Positions 33,676-44,005 are shown, counted from the first letter of the stretch. The stretch: 64,000 nucleotides of DNA from Alphaproteobacteria bacterium (GCA_009995045.1 JAACQG010000010.1:28025-92024); one strand, 5' to 3'. Numbers and translations are program-made. Notes: generated by a model not told the origin, from the letters alone.

Positions 33676-34617
33676 ATGAACAAACCACTCCTCATTCTAT
33701 TATCCATTCTTGCGGTTGGCCTTATCGGGGCATCGCAAATCTTTTTCGTCGTCGACCAACGTGAACAAGCCATCGTGCTGCAACTCGGTGAGCCGAAAGG
33801 CGAAGTCAAAGGCCCCGGTCTCCACACAAAGATTCCCTTTATCCAAACCGTGTCTTATTTCGACCGCCGCATCCTTTCGGTTGATCCAGACCCCGCACAG
33901 GTCGTAATCTCAAGCGTGGATATAGCCCCACCACCGGCCGCTGGCGAAGAGCCTACAGATGAAGAGGGCGGATCATCCATCGCAAATGTCACAGGGGAGC
34001 CAATCATCCTCGACACATTCGCACGCTACAAAATTGTCGACCCGCTACAGTTTTTGAAAACCTTACGCACCATCAGCGCAGCCAATTCACGCCTTGAAAG
34101 CATTCTTAATGATGCAACACGCGCGGAACTTGGTAAAACCAGCCTGCAGCAATTATTATCCGCATCACGCACAGGTGTCATGCGCGATATCTCAGAGCGC
34201 ATCAATTCCAACACCAAAAAAGACAATCTGGGCATTGAAATCGTTGATGTGCGCATCGTCCGCGCTGACCTCACACCAGAGCTCCGCACATCGACCGTGC
34301 GCCGCATGCAATCCGAGTTAAAAGAACGCGCAACAGAAACACGCGCAAAAGGTGAAGAACGCGCGCTTGAAATACGCTCAACAGCAGAAAAAGAACGCAC
34401 AGTCATCATCGCCAACGCAGAACGCGATGCACAAATGCTGCGCGGTCAAGGCGATGAAGAAGCCATCACGATCTACGCGGATGCCTTCAATAAGGACAAA
34501 GAGTTCTACTCGTTCATTCGCTCAATGGAGGCTTATTCCAACACAATGGCGAACCCGGAAACACAGCTGATCCTCTCGCCTGATAGCCAGTTCTTCAAAT
34601 ACTTTGAAGATAAGTAA
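33676..34617 (+). CDS. hflC: FtsH protease modulator HflC
   Basis: N-terminal TM helix and an SPFH domain (FVVDQREQAIVLQLGEP...). RGQGDEEA...YA.AF..D.EFY.F.RS(M/L)EAY is typical of HflC. Confidence 0.93.
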   Translation: MNKPLLILLSILAVGLIGASQIFFVVDQREQAIVLQLGEPKGEVKGPGLHTKIPFIQTVSYFDRRILSVDPDPAQVVISSVDIAPPPAAGEEPTDEEGGSSIANVTGEPIILDTFARYKIVDPLQFLKTLRTISAANSRLESILNDATRAELGKTSLQQLLSASRTGVMRDISERINSNTKKDNLGIEIVDVRIVRADLTPELRTSTVRRMQSELKERATETRAKGEERALEIRSTAEKERTVIIANAERDAQMLRGQGDEEAITIYADAFNKDKEFYSFIRSMEAYSNTMANPETQLILSPDSQFFKYFEDK

Positions 34618-34653
34618 ACGTAAAAAACCAGATAGAAAAAGGAAATATCAAAC

Positions 34654-36126
34654 ATGAAAACGCTTCATATTTGTCTATTAACAATCCTGACTTTTACAAT
34701 ACTCTCCCCGATGCACATGTCACCAGCACATGCTGCGGGCAGCCTAAACACCGCACCTGACAGCTTCGCCGATATGGTTGAAGATTTGCTTCCCGCGGTT
34801 GTGAACATATCCTCCACACAAAAAGCCGAAGCGCCGAGCGACTATCCCGATATGCCGCAATTTCCGCCAGGCTCCCCATTTGAAGATTTCTTCGACGAAT
34901 TCATGGATAAACGCGGCATGGGCACGCCAACAACACCGCCTGCATCGCTTGGCTCTGGCTTCATCATCGACGCGGAAAAAGGCATCGTTGTCACCAATAA
35001 CCACGTTGTCAAAGACGCCGACGAAGTGCGCGTCATTTTCCACGACGACGAATCCGTTGAAGCCGAAGTGATTGGCCGCGACGAAAAAACCGACCTCGCC
35101 ATCCTAAAAGTAACAACCGATAAAAAACTCACCGCCGTAAAATTCGGCGACAGCAACGTGTTGCGCGTTGGTGATTGGGTTGTGGCGATTGGCAATCCAT
35201 TCGGCCTTGGCGGGACAGTCACCGCAGGGATCGTATCCGCACGCTCACGCGATATCCATTCCGGCCCCTATGATGATTACATTCAGACAGACGCATCCAT
35301 CAACCGCGGAAACTCCGGCGGCCCGATGTTCAACCTGAAAGGTGAAGTGATCGGCATCAACACCGCAATCTTCTCGCCTACGGGCGGCTCTGTCGGTATC
35401 GGCTTTGCTATTCCCTCCGCCCTCGCCCAGCCCGTTGTTGACCAAATCGTTGAATTTGGACGCACACGCCGTGGCTGGATTGGTGTTCGCATTCAAACCG
35501 TCACCGAAGAAATCGCCGAAAGCCTCGGCCTGAAAAAACCACATGGCGCTCTTGTTGCATCGATCACCGAAGGTGGCCCCGCGGAAAAGGCAGGCTTAAA
35601 ACCCGGCGATATCATCCTTGAATTTAACGGCAAAAAGATCAAAGAAATGCGTGAAGTGCCGCGCATTGTTGCCGAAACAAAAATCAACACCGATGTGCCG
35701 CTCGTCATCTGGCGCGACAACAAAGAAGTCAAAAGCAAAATCAGCGTCGCCGAACTTGAAAAAGCCGAAGACGAAGGCTTGCTAGGCTCAGTCGCAGGCA
35801 GCAGCGAAACCGCCAAAGGCGTAGACATCGACAAACTCGACATCACCGTCAGCAGCCTAAACGATGCGCTTCGTCAAGAATTTGGCGTACCAAGCACAGT
35901 CAGCGGGATCATCGTGACAAAAGTTGACCCGTCATCCGAAGCCGCACGCAAAGGTATCGACCAGGGTGATGTCATCGTCGACATTGATCAGCAACCGGTG
36001 AAAGATGCTGAAAACGCCAACGACATCATCCGCCGCGCCGCCAAGAATGGCCGCAGCTCGGTATTACTCTTGATCAACCGTGAAGGTGATGTCAGCTTTG
36101 TCGCGCTGAAATTGGACACTAAATAA
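34654..36126 (+). CDS. degP: periplasmic serine endoprotease DegP/DegQ/HtrA family (2 PDZ domains)
   Basis: Signal peptide, then the triad contexts TNNHVV, DLAILKV and GNSGGPMFN, and two PDZ-like segments (GALVASITEGGPAEKAGLKPGDII; GIIVTKVDPSSEAARKGIDQGDVI). Confidence 0.95.
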   Translation: MKTLHICLLTILTFTILSPMHMSPAHAAGSLNTAPDSFADMVEDLLPAVVNISSTQKAEAPSDYPDMPQFPPGSPFEDFFDEFMDKRGMGTPTTPPASLGSGFIIDAEKGIVVTNNHVVKDADEVRVIFHDDESVEAEVIGRDEKTDLAILKVTTDKKLTAVKFGDSNVLRVGDWVVAIGNPFGLGGTVTAGIVSARSRDIHSGPYDDYIQTDASINRGNSGGPMFNLKGEVIGINTAIFSPTGGSVGIGFAIPSALAQPVVDQIVEFGRTRRGWIGVRIQTVTEEIAESLGLKKPHGALVASITEGGPAEKAGLKPGDIILEFNGKKIKEMREVPRIVAETKINTDVPLVIWRDNKEVKSKISVAELEKAEDEGLLGSVAGSSETAKGVDIDKLDITVSSLNDALRQEFGVPSTVSGIIVTKVDPSSEAARKGIDQGDVIVDIDQQPVKDAENANDIIRRAAKNGRSSVLLLINREGDVSFVALKLDTK

Positions 36127-36376
36127 AGCGGCTACGACAAGCCAAGATCACTGCGAATAAAAGACGCCTGCGCCGCCAATGCCTGTAACATACTCGCATC
36201 CGGCGCATGCGCATCGCCCCCATGAGCGGAGATCGAAGTTCAGGACGCTCAAAGATATAAAGCCCATCAGCGTTAAATCCTGATCGCGCCCTAAAAAGAC
36301 ATCTATCAACTTGTACTTGCAACATTTATGATTATCCTATGAAAAGTCGCAAGGAAACTATGCAAAAGTATAAATT

Positions 36377-37240
36377 ATGTCAATAAATATATTTGTTATA
36401 GCTGGCCCCACCGCCAGCGGGAAATCCGCCAAAGCGTTAGAGCTTGCGCGCAAACATAACGGCGTCATCATCAATTGCGACTCTCTGCAAATCTATGACG
36501 GCCTGCACATCCTCACCGCGCATCCATCCAAAGAAGAACAAGAAGAAATCCCGCACTTGCTTTACGGTGCGCTCCACCCAAACGAGGTCTGCAGCGCAGG
36601 AAATTGGCGAGAGATCGTAGAACCCATCATCACGCGAACCATCGAAAACGGGCAAACCCCAATCATTTGCGGCGGTACAGGTTTATACATCAAAGCCCTC
36701 ATGGAAGGATTATCCCCGATGCCCGATATCCCTGATGAGGTGCGCGATCGCGTCGTCGCAAAATATGAAAGCATCGGCGCAGATGCGTTTTATGCCGAGC
36801 TTATGACGCGCGACCCAATCATGGCAGATCGCTTCCACGCCAACCATAAAGCCCGCATCATCCGCGCAATGGAAGTTTTAGAGGCCACAGGAAAGTCCCT
36901 AGCCGAATGGCAAGAGCTTCCCCGCGCCGCGCCGCCAAGCCATTGGAATTTCGAGCTACACAAAGTCTTGCCCGAGCGTGAAATCCTCTATGACCGTTGC
37001 AATCGCCGCTTTGAATGGATGCTTGAACATGGCGCATTGGACGAGGTTATAGCCTTCGACAAACGCCTGACCTCGGGCGAAGTCAACGAGGGCGTCCCAC
37101 TCTGCAAAGCCTTAGGGTTCAAAGAACTGCGTGCCTATCTCAACAATGAGATGACATTACAAGACGCCATCACAAAAGCCCAAACCATCACAAGAAACTA
37201 CGCTAAACGCCAAATGACATGGCTCAGGAACCAGCTTTAA
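36377..37240 (+). CDS. miaA: tRNA dimethylallyltransferase
   Basis: P-loop GPTASGKSA, then DS.QIY....I.TA.P...E....PH.L. Confidence 0.93.
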   Translation: MSINIFVIAGPTASGKSAKALELARKHNGVIINCDSLQIYDGLHILTAHPSKEEQEEIPHLLYGALHPNEVCSAGNWREIVEPIITRTIENGQTPIICGGTGLYIKALMEGLSPMPDIPDEVRDRVVAKYESIGADAFYAELMTRDPIMADRFHANHKARIIRAMEVLEATGKSLAEWQELPRAAPPSHWNFELHKVLPEREILYDRCNRRFEWMLEHGALDEVIAFDKRLTSGEVNEGVPLCKALGFKELRAYLNNEMTLQDAITKAQTITRNYAKRQMTWLRNQL

Positions 37241-37307
37241 GGGTTGTTTAAAAAACATAAAAACACATACAATAACGATGTTAAATAACACTCTCAGATG
37301 AGGAAAA

Positions 37308-37787
37308 ATGGAAGACACCCAATTAACAACCGCAGATAAACACAAAAAAATTGAACAAAAAATTATCGATATGGCATACATTAATAAAGGCCGTATCAAC
37401 AGATTAGATTACTTTTTCACTGGCGTTGGTTTAAACGCCATACAAAAACTTTTTGAATATGAAACTGACATTCAGTTTGTTCAATGGCTGTTTATTGCTT
37501 TAAGCCTGTTCTTCACCTACATAGGGATATCCGTTACAGCAAAAAGATTTCGAGATATTGGTGTCAGTGGATGGTGGTGTGTACCGCATACTATCGCTTT
37601 AACTGTAGCTTATGTCTTTGCCACACAAGCCATAGGCTATACTGATACAAAAATATATTGGGCTACTGGCCTCATATCCATGATCGTACTTGGCTTGGGC
37701 TTGTCACTATGGCCGAGAGAAAAGCGAGACAACAAATATGGAGAATATGAAGAATGGGGCATCATGGACACTCGAAAATTGAAATAA
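37308..37787 (+). CDS. DUF805 family inner-membrane protein
   Basis: GRINRLDYFF, multiple TM helices and AKRFRDIGVSGWW. Confidence 0.8.
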   Translation: MEDTQLTTADKHKKIEQKIIDMAYINKGRINRLDYFFTGVGLNAIQKLFEYETDIQFVQWLFIALSLFFTYIGISVTAKRFRDIGVSGWWCVPHTIALTVAYVFATQAIGYTDTKIYWATGLISMIVLGLGLSLWPREKRDNKYGEYEEWGIMDTRKLK

Positions 37788-37990
37788 TATTTCTTTTTAA
37801 TCATTTTTACGCAACTTTATAGCTTTATAGCTTGACCAATACGCAACAAAGTGATTATATCAATCATAGAGACGATGCAAATAAGCATTGCAGATTAAGT
37901 AGACGGTAATAGAAAAACGCCATAAGGCATAAAGCCATGGCAAGTGTGTAAAAAACTGCTAAATAATAGGCCCCTAGGGCTAGAATATAA

Positions 37991-38057
37991 AGCGCGGTTC
38001 AGGTATTTTGCCAAAGGTTCTCTCATAAAGAGCCCAAGTCAAAAATCCTGACGCGCT
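37991..38057 (+). promoter_or_regulatory. long imperfect hairpin in the ilvB leader region (possible attenuator)
   Basis: AGCGCGGTTCAGGTATTTTG (37991-38010) pairs with CAAAAATCCTGACGCGCT (38040-38057), about 16 bp with bulges and a 29-nt loop, followed by TTTAAGGTTTTT. It lies 30-45 nt upstream of the ilvB start. Confidence 0.2.
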
Positions 38058-38084
38058 TTAAGGTTTTTGACCCACATATTTTAA

Positions 38085-39896
38085 ATGAACGAGAATGACA
38101 TGAGCACAACAAACGCAAAACAAGACGCAAATAAAACAACACCAGCAAAAACCCAACAAATGACGGGTGCGGAAATGGTGATCAAAGCATTGATCGAACA
38201 AGGCGTTGAAGTCATTTTCGGCTACCCTGGTGGCGCGGTGTTGCCCATCTATGACGAAATTTTCAAAAATCAGGACAAAATCAAACACGTCCTCGTTCGC
38301 CAAGAAGGCGGCGCTTTACATGCCGCCGAAGGCTACGCGCGCTCCACCGGCAAGGTTGGCTGCGCCCTTGTAACATCCGGCCCCGGCGCGACAAACGCGG
38401 TGACGGGATTAACCGATGCATTGATGGATTCAATCCCGCTTGTTTGTATCACCGGACAGGTTCCAACATTCATGATCGGAACAGACGCCTTCCAAGAGGC
38501 GGACACAACCGGAATCACGCGCCCTTGTACAAAACATAACTACCTTGCCGATGATATCGAAGAATTGGCCGACATCATGCATGAAAGCTTCCACGTTGCG
38601 CGCTCTGGACGCCCTGGCCCCGTTGTCATTGACATCCCCAAAGACGTACAATTTCAAAAAGGCACGTATAAAAAGGCAAAACCAACAGCCGCGCAAAGCT
38701 ACCAGCCACGCGTGACCCCCGATATGGATGCCATCGAAGCCGCCGTAGAATTAATGGCGAACGCAAAACGCCCTGTATTTTATACAGGCGGCGGCGTGAT
38801 CAATGCGGGCGCAGAGGCCTCAACACTCCTGCGTGAATTGGTACGCGAAACCGGATACCCGATCACATCCACATTGATGGGGTTAGGGGCATATCCCGCC
38901 GAGGATAAGCAATGGCTTGGTATGCTAGGCATGCACGGTACATTCGAAGCCAATTGGTCGATGCATGATTGTGATGTCATGATCAATATCGGTGCACGCT
39001 TTGATGACCGCGTAACAGGACGCACCGATGCATTCTCCCCCAATTCGACAAAGATCCATGTTGATATCGACCCCAGTTCGATCAACAAAAACATCCGCAT
39101 TGATATTCCAATTGTCGCCGATGCAAAACTCGCCCTAGAAGCCATGATCAGCGTATGGAAAAAACGCAAATACAAAGCCGACCAAGACGCGCTTAAAAAA
39201 TGGTGGAGCCAGATCGAAGAATGGCGCGCCAAAAACTGCCTTGCCTATAAACAAGAAGGGCAGATCATTAAACCTCAATACGCGCTTGAGCGTTTGCGTC
39301 ATTACATGGCGAAAGACCCGCGCGAAGGATATATCACAACCGAAGTTGGCCAACACCAAATGTGGGCCGCGCAATTCCTGCCGTTTAACGAACCAAATCG
39401 CTGGATGACATCAGGCGGCCTCGGCACAATGGGCTATGGCCTTCCCGCTGCAATCGGCACGCAAATCGCTCATCCCGATGCCTTGGTTGTCGATGTTGCG
39501 GGTGAAGCTTCTATTTTGATGAATATTCAGGAAATGTCATGCGCGGTACAATATAAAACCCCCGTCAAAATCTTCATCCTGAACAACCAATGGATGGGCA
39601 TGGTTCGTCAATGGCAAGAACTCCTCCACGGCGAGCGCTATTCCAGCTCATATTCCGAAAGCCTACCCGATTTCGTTAAACTTGCCGAAGCCTATGGCGG
39701 CGTTGGCCTGCGCGCGGAAACCGTTGACGAGCTTGACGGTGTGATCGAGGAAATGATGGCAACCGATCGCGTAACAATCGTCGATGTCTGCGTGGCGCAA
39801 AAGGAAAACTGCTTCCCGATGATCCCATCAGGCAAAGCCCATAACGAGATGATCCTCTCCCCCGACGCGGCCATGTTCGACAAGACGTTGGTTTAA
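38085..39896 (+). CDS. ilvB: acetolactate synthase (AHAS) large subunit, biosynthetic type (ilvB/ilvI)
   Basis: GAEMVIKALIEQGVEVIFGYPGGAVLPIYD, GPGATN, and the ThDP motif GGLGTMGYGLPAAIG...NNQ.MGMV. An alternative start is ATG 38100. Confidence 0.95.
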   Translation: MNENDMSTTNAKQDANKTTPAKTQQMTGAEMVIKALIEQGVEVIFGYPGGAVLPIYDEIFKNQDKIKHVLVRQEGGALHAAEGYARSTGKVGCALVTSGPGATNAVTGLTDALMDSIPLVCITGQVPTFMIGTDAFQEADTTGITRPCTKHNYLADDIEELADIMHESFHVARSGRPGPVVIDIPKDVQFQKGTYKKAKPTAAQSYQPRVTPDMDAIEAAVELMANAKRPVFYTGGGVINAGAEASTLLRELVRETGYPITSTLMGLGAYPAEDKQWLGMLGMHGTFEANWSMHDCDVMINIGARFDDRVTGRTDAFSPNSTKIHVDIDPSSINKNIRIDIPIVADAKLALEAMISVWKKRKYKADQDALKKWWSQIEEWRAKNCLAYKQEGQIIKPQYALERLRHYMAKDPREGYITTEVGQHQMWAAQFLPFNEPNRWMTSGGLGTMGYGLPAAIGTQIAHPDALVVDVAGEASILMNIQEMSCAVQYKTPVKIFILNNQWMGMVRQWQELLHGERYSSSYSESLPDFVKLAEAYGGVGLRAETVDELDGVIEEMMATDRVTIVDVCVAQKENCFPMIPSGKAHNEMILSPDAAMFDKTLV

Positions 39897-40210
39897 TATT
39901 CTTGAATGACAATGATAACCCGCTGTCGTGAGACAGCTTTATCATTGTCCATTCGAACAAGCGATACCTCTAGCCCGTTTGAAAGATTGGACACCATCTT
40001 TGCATCCAGAACAATGCCTAGATCCTGCGGGCTTCCATCTTCATGGATAAGCGATAATGTTTTTGCATCAACATCAAAGTCAATCCACTGTATATCTGAA
40101 CGCAGTTTTTGATCATGTAATATAAGAATATCCCCTGTCGAATTGGAAACAATCGAGCAGCGCATTTCATTATTTAACGGGATATTTTCAACGAAACCAT
40201 CAGCACTCAT
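39893..40210 (-). CDS. hypothetical small protein (105 aa), antisense between ilvB and ilvN
   Basis: The ORF lies 21 nt downstream of the 746-aa ORF on the same strand. Its stop overlaps the ilvB stop (TTAA at 39893-39896). No recognisable motif. AT-rich by eye. Confidence 0.5.
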   Translation of the reverse strand: MSADGFVENIPLNNEMRCSIVSNSTGDILILHDQKLRSDIQWIDFDVDAKTLSLIHEDGSPQDLGIVLDAKMVSNLSNGLEVSLVRMDNDKAVSRQRVIIVIQEY

Positions 40211-40231
40211 AAAATAATTTAAACACTTAAA

Positions 40232-42472
40232 TTATGATGGCGCAACAGATGGTGTCGTGGAAGGAGGCGTTGTATGCACAATTTCAGGCCCAACAACAAG
40301 CGAATCACGAATCATAAGCCCGTCCCCGGCAGCAGCGCCCAAAAGCTTAACATCACCAGCCGCGGCGGCATCTGGCCCAGTAAAGTTACCATCATCTGTT
40401 AAATCAACTCCAGCCATTTCATGTGACGCTCCATCTTGATGTGACATGATACGGGAGATAATATAAGCGTTAAGCATCGCCCCGTTATCAGCACTCAAAG
40501 CCTCAGTCGCCGCGAACATAGCATTACCAATCTCAATTTGCTCATCTAAAGGTAAATTCATATAATCACGCGTCAGATCCGCAACAAGCGGATTATTAGC
40601 ATCTAGAGTGTCATCAACCATCGCGATCGACCGCACAAAATCTAGCCTGTCATCAACCGACATCACATTTAAGAACGCTTCGCTCCCCTCCGGTGAGCGC
40701 ATGATTGATCCCATTTCTTCAACCAACGAGGATTTCATGCTGGCAATAGCCTGCTCTCTTGCCTCTATCTGACCCCGAATATCATCAGGGATGGTCATAC
40801 TTATATAAGGAGATTGAAAAACCATCAGATCATTTTCTGCCATTTCCATGCCTGCCTTTAAGGCAATAGCATAATGCAAAATATCCGGCTGTCCTTCTGG
40901 TGATCTTGGAAGCTCATCGGTTGCCGCTAATATAGCTGTGTGTGAAGCCGTATGCCCACCGAACATACTTCGCGCATGCATTTGATATATATCTTCAGGA
41001 ATATCCAATAACGTTGAAATTCGCGTTAATTCGCCACGCGCTCTCAACTCCACCCCAACAGTAAACATTGCCGATGGTATAATAAACTGATCCGCCATCC
41101 CTACCGATGCATCCGCAACCTGCGCGCCTGTCGTTTCCGCATGAAATTTCATTAAAGCATCATATTGAAGCTCCGTAATATCTCCGGCCGCTAGCTGCTG
41201 CTCTGTTAATGCCAACATTGAACTCCCCTCATAAGCAATAACACCAGCGCTTGCTGCATTAGCCATAGTTCCAACAACTGCGGCACCACCAAAAAGACGA
41301 GCTGCCGCACTCACTTTACCAAGGCTTTTCGGTCTTGCTTCACCCACAATATTATCTGCATGGGCAGCCATATGACTTATAGCAGCACGCGTTTCGGGTC
41401 CTTTTGAGAACAAGTCTGTACGGCTATTTAAAGTTTCCGCAAACTCTCTCATACTCGCCGTATTGTCTACCAAAAGCGAGCGAAGCTTGGGGTCCTGTAT
41501 ATCCAAATGATCGATAATCGTCATTTTAATCAATTCATCATTCCGCCCAAAAGGCGACCAACTATTTTGGTATAGCTTCATAGTGTCTAAAAGCTCAGGA
41601 TATTCTTGTCCCATACGCGCCAGATAAGGAATATCCGCATGATAAGCACCTTGGTTAATACCCTGAAGCCCTTTAATATCGCTCAAAAGACGCGCACGAT
41701 CAGGAAAAGCATCATGCGCACTAAGAACGATGTCATGCTGTTTTGATGCAAGCATCTCCTGCACAACCTCAGGGGATGTTAAGTGCCGCAGATTATCATT
41801 TGTTAAAGCAGTCACATCGGGGAAACGTGAACTATCTATCGCAACAGCAAACTCCCTGTCGACAGACCCCGTATCTGTCTGCACAGAGAAAACACCTGTT
41901 AAAAATGGTTTTCCACCTGAAAATTCAATATCATGAACAACCATGTCACCAGATGATCCATTGACGTCAAACCCTTCAATCAATGTAGGACCATCACCGC
42001 TATAATCTTGAATACGTATAGCTTGCCCCTCTACAAGGTTGGCTGATTTGGGGCCTTCTGGTTCAGGGGCCGTTTCAATTTTCGGCGGCGCAGCTTCAGT
42101 AGTAATCTTATTTTTAACCGCAGCGCGCACATCACCAAAAGTTTCGCCATCGCTCACAACGATCGTATCTGGTCTCTGCGTTAAAATGTTATCAACAATC
42201 TCAGCCATGTGAGGCTTTGCTATTGCAATTTTGCTATTGGTAGTAGAACCAGATGCCATACCTGAAATCTTTTCAATTTCAGCCGCATCTAGCTCTGCAA
42301 AGAACTCTCTAAAAACCTCAGAAGTATGATCGTTAATATTGCCGCTTATGTATGCGCGCCCATCTTCTACAACAATTCCGTTCACTAAAACGTCAACGCT
42401 TTGACCATTAAAAACCACATCCTCCAGCTCATGCAAAGCCCCTATTGAAGCGACGATATCTAATACTGGCAT
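40232..42472 (-). CDS. large hypothetical protein (746 aa), antisense between ilvB and ilvN
   Basis: Uninterrupted 2.2-kb ORF. No signal peptide, a Pro-rich linker (EAAPPKIETAPEPEGPKS), a Gly/Ala-rich hydrophobic stretch AAARLFGGAAVVGTMANAASAGVIAY (about 41233-41312) and a Pro/Thr/Ser C-terminal tail. No family recognised. Confidence 0.7.
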   Translation of the reverse strand: MPVLDIVASIGALHELEDVVFNGQSVDVLVNGIVVEDGRAYISGNINDHTSEVFREFFAELDAAEIEKISGMASGSTTNSKIAIAKPHMAEIVDNILTQRPDTIVVSDGETFGDVRAAVKNKITTEAAPPKIETAPEPEGPKSANLVEGQAIRIQDYSGDGPTLIEGFDVNGSSGDMVVHDIEFSGGKPFLTGVFSVQTDTGSVDREFAVAIDSSRFPDVTALTNDNLRHLTSPEVVQEMLASKQHDIVLSAHDAFPDRARLLSDIKGLQGINQGAYHADIPYLARMGQEYPELLDTMKLYQNSWSPFGRNDELIKMTIIDHLDIQDPKLRSLLVDNTASMREFAETLNSRTDLFSKGPETRAAISHMAAHADNIVGEARPKSLGKVSAAARLFGGAAVVGTMANAASAGVIAYEGSSMLALTEQQLAAGDITELQYDALMKFHAETTGAQVADASVGMADQFIIPSAMFTVGVELRARGELTRISTLLDIPEDIYQMHARSMFGGHTASHTAILAATDELPRSPEGQPDILHYAIALKAGMEMAENDLMVFQSPYISMTIPDDIRGQIEAREQAIASMKSSLVEEMGSIMRSPEGSEAFLNVMSVDDRLDFVRSIAMVDDTLDANNPLVADLTRDYMNLPLDEQIEIGNAMFAATEALSADNGAMLNAYIISRIMSHQDGASHEMAGVDLTDDGNFTGPDAAAAGDVKLLGAAAGDGLMIRDSLVVGPEIVHTTPPSTTPSVAPS

Positions 42473-42611
42473 AAATTTCCCTATCTTTACTCGATATAAT
42501 TTTACGAGAAAAATCCTAAAATAAGCTCAACATTAGCCATAATTTATCTAAAATTTTATGGAATGTATTTTTCCGCTACACACTGCGCGTAAACTCGGTT
42601 ATAAATTTCCT

Positions 42612-43181
42612 ATGAACAAACCAGCGAAAAAAGACAAAAAGTCAAAATCCGTTTATGCCCCCGGCCCGACGGATCAAACGATTGAAACCCATACTTTGGC
42701 GATCCTCGTCCATAACGAGCCGGGCGTGCTTGCGCGTGTCATCGGCCTGTTTACCGGGCGCGGCTATAATATCGAAAGCCTGACGGTTGCAGAAACCGAT
42801 CACGTCGAGCACACATCCCGCATCACAATCGTATCCAGCGGAACCCCCGAAGTGATCGAACAAATCAAAGCACAATTAAGCCAGATCGTCCCCGTCAAGC
42901 GCGTGCGCGACCTCACCACCTATGGCCCGCACATCAACCGCGAATTGGCATTGGTCAAGGTCGAAGGAAAAGGCGAGCAACGCATCGAAGCCCTGCGCAT
43001 CGCCGATGTGTTCCGCGCCAATCCTGTTGATTCAACACTAGAATCGTTCGTCTTCGAAATCACTGGCGACACAAGCAAAGTTGACGCATTCATCAATCTC
43101 ATGAAACCACTCGGTCTGTCCGATGTTAGCCGTACCGGCGTCGCCGCAATTTCGCGCGGCATATTTGTTGATGCCATCTAG
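42612..43181 (+). CDS. ilvN: acetolactate synthase small (regulatory) subunit (ilvN/ilvH)
   Basis: ACT domain HTLAILVHNEPGVLARVIGLFTGRGYNIESLTV...T......SRITIV plus the C-terminal AHAS small-subunit domain. The ORF opens at 42558, but ATG 42612 (MNKPAKK...) is the more plausible start. Confidence 0.92.
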   Translation: MNKPAKKDKKSKSVYAPGPTDQTIETHTLAILVHNEPGVLARVIGLFTGRGYNIESLTVAETDHVEHTSRITIVSSGTPEVIEQIKAQLSQIVPVKRVRDLTTYGPHINRELALVKVEGKGEQRIEALRIADVFRANPVDSTLESFVFEITGDTSKVDAFINLMKPLGLSDVSRTGVAAISRGIFVDAI

Positions 43182-43183
43182 CC

Positions 43184-43945
43184 ATGGGGAAATTGGAATT
43201 CAAAGGCTCACAAGGCCACACCCTCTCCGCACGGCTCGATAGGCCAGAGGGCGAACCCGTTGCCTACGCACTCTTTGCGCATTGCTTTACCTGCGGCAAA
43301 GACCTCACCCCCGCAAGCCGCATCGTACAGGCGCTCAACGAAGATGGCATCGCCGTCCTGCGCTTTGATTTCACAGGGCTCGGCCAAAGCGGCGGCGAAT
43401 TCTCAGACACCAATTTCAGCTCAAATGTTGAAGATTTGCGCTACGCCGTTCAATATATGCGCGACACCCTTCAAGCGCCGAGCATGATGATCGGCCATTC
43501 CTTGGGCGGAACCGCCGTGCTCGTCGCGGCAAAAGACATCCCCGAAGTCGGGGCAGTCGTCACAATCGGCGCGCCGTCAAACACCACCAATGTGATGAAA
43601 CAATTCGGTTGCGACGTCGATAAAATCGAAGATGAAGGTGAAGCCGACGTGCTACTGGCCGGTCGCCCATTTACGATCAAAAAACAATTCATCGACGATA
43701 TCAAATCGCAAAACATCCAAGACGCCGTCCACAACCTAAAAAAACCCCTCCTCGTATGCCACAGCCCGATTGACGACACCGTGCCTATCGCACACGCACG
43801 CGACATCTATAGCTGGGCGATGCACCCAAAAAGCTTTATCTCCCTCAACACACACGATCATCTGCTATTCGCAGAAGGTGCCGCCGAATACGTCGCCAGA
43901 TGCGTCGCCGCATGGGCCAGCGCATATCTGCCAAGCCCCAAATAA
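43184..43945 (+). CDS. alpha/beta hydrolase
   Basis: FAHCFTCGKD, RFDFTGLGQSGG, the nucleophile elbow IGHSLGG and a late D...H. Starts 2 nt after ilvN. Confidence 0.8.
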   Translation: MGKLEFKGSQGHTLSARLDRPEGEPVAYALFAHCFTCGKDLTPASRIVQALNEDGIAVLRFDFTGLGQSGGEFSDTNFSSNVEDLRYAVQYMRDTLQAPSMMIGHSLGGTAVLVAAKDIPEVGAVVTIGAPSNTTNVMKQFGCDVDKIEDEGEADVLLAGRPFTIKKQFIDDIKSQNIQDAVHNLKKPLLVCHSPIDDTVPIAHARDIYSWAMHPKSFISLNTHDHLLFAEGAAEYVARCVAAWASAYLPSPK

Positions 43946-44005
43946 AACATTGAAAGAATATGAAAATATAGATAATCTCCCAAAATTCATGAGGGAGACG
44001 AAGAT

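Noticed and set aside
36119-36325. 68-aa minus-strand ORF in the degP-miaA spacer
   Set aside because: It is Arg/Cys-rich with no RBS or motif, and it overlaps the degP stop. It is probably non-coding spacer.
37875-37951. Mini-ORFs MQISIAD and MASV as ilv attenuator leader peptides
   Set aside because: They are too short and not enriched in tandem Ile/Leu/Val codons. They have no obvious RBS and no clear coupling to the downstream hairpin.
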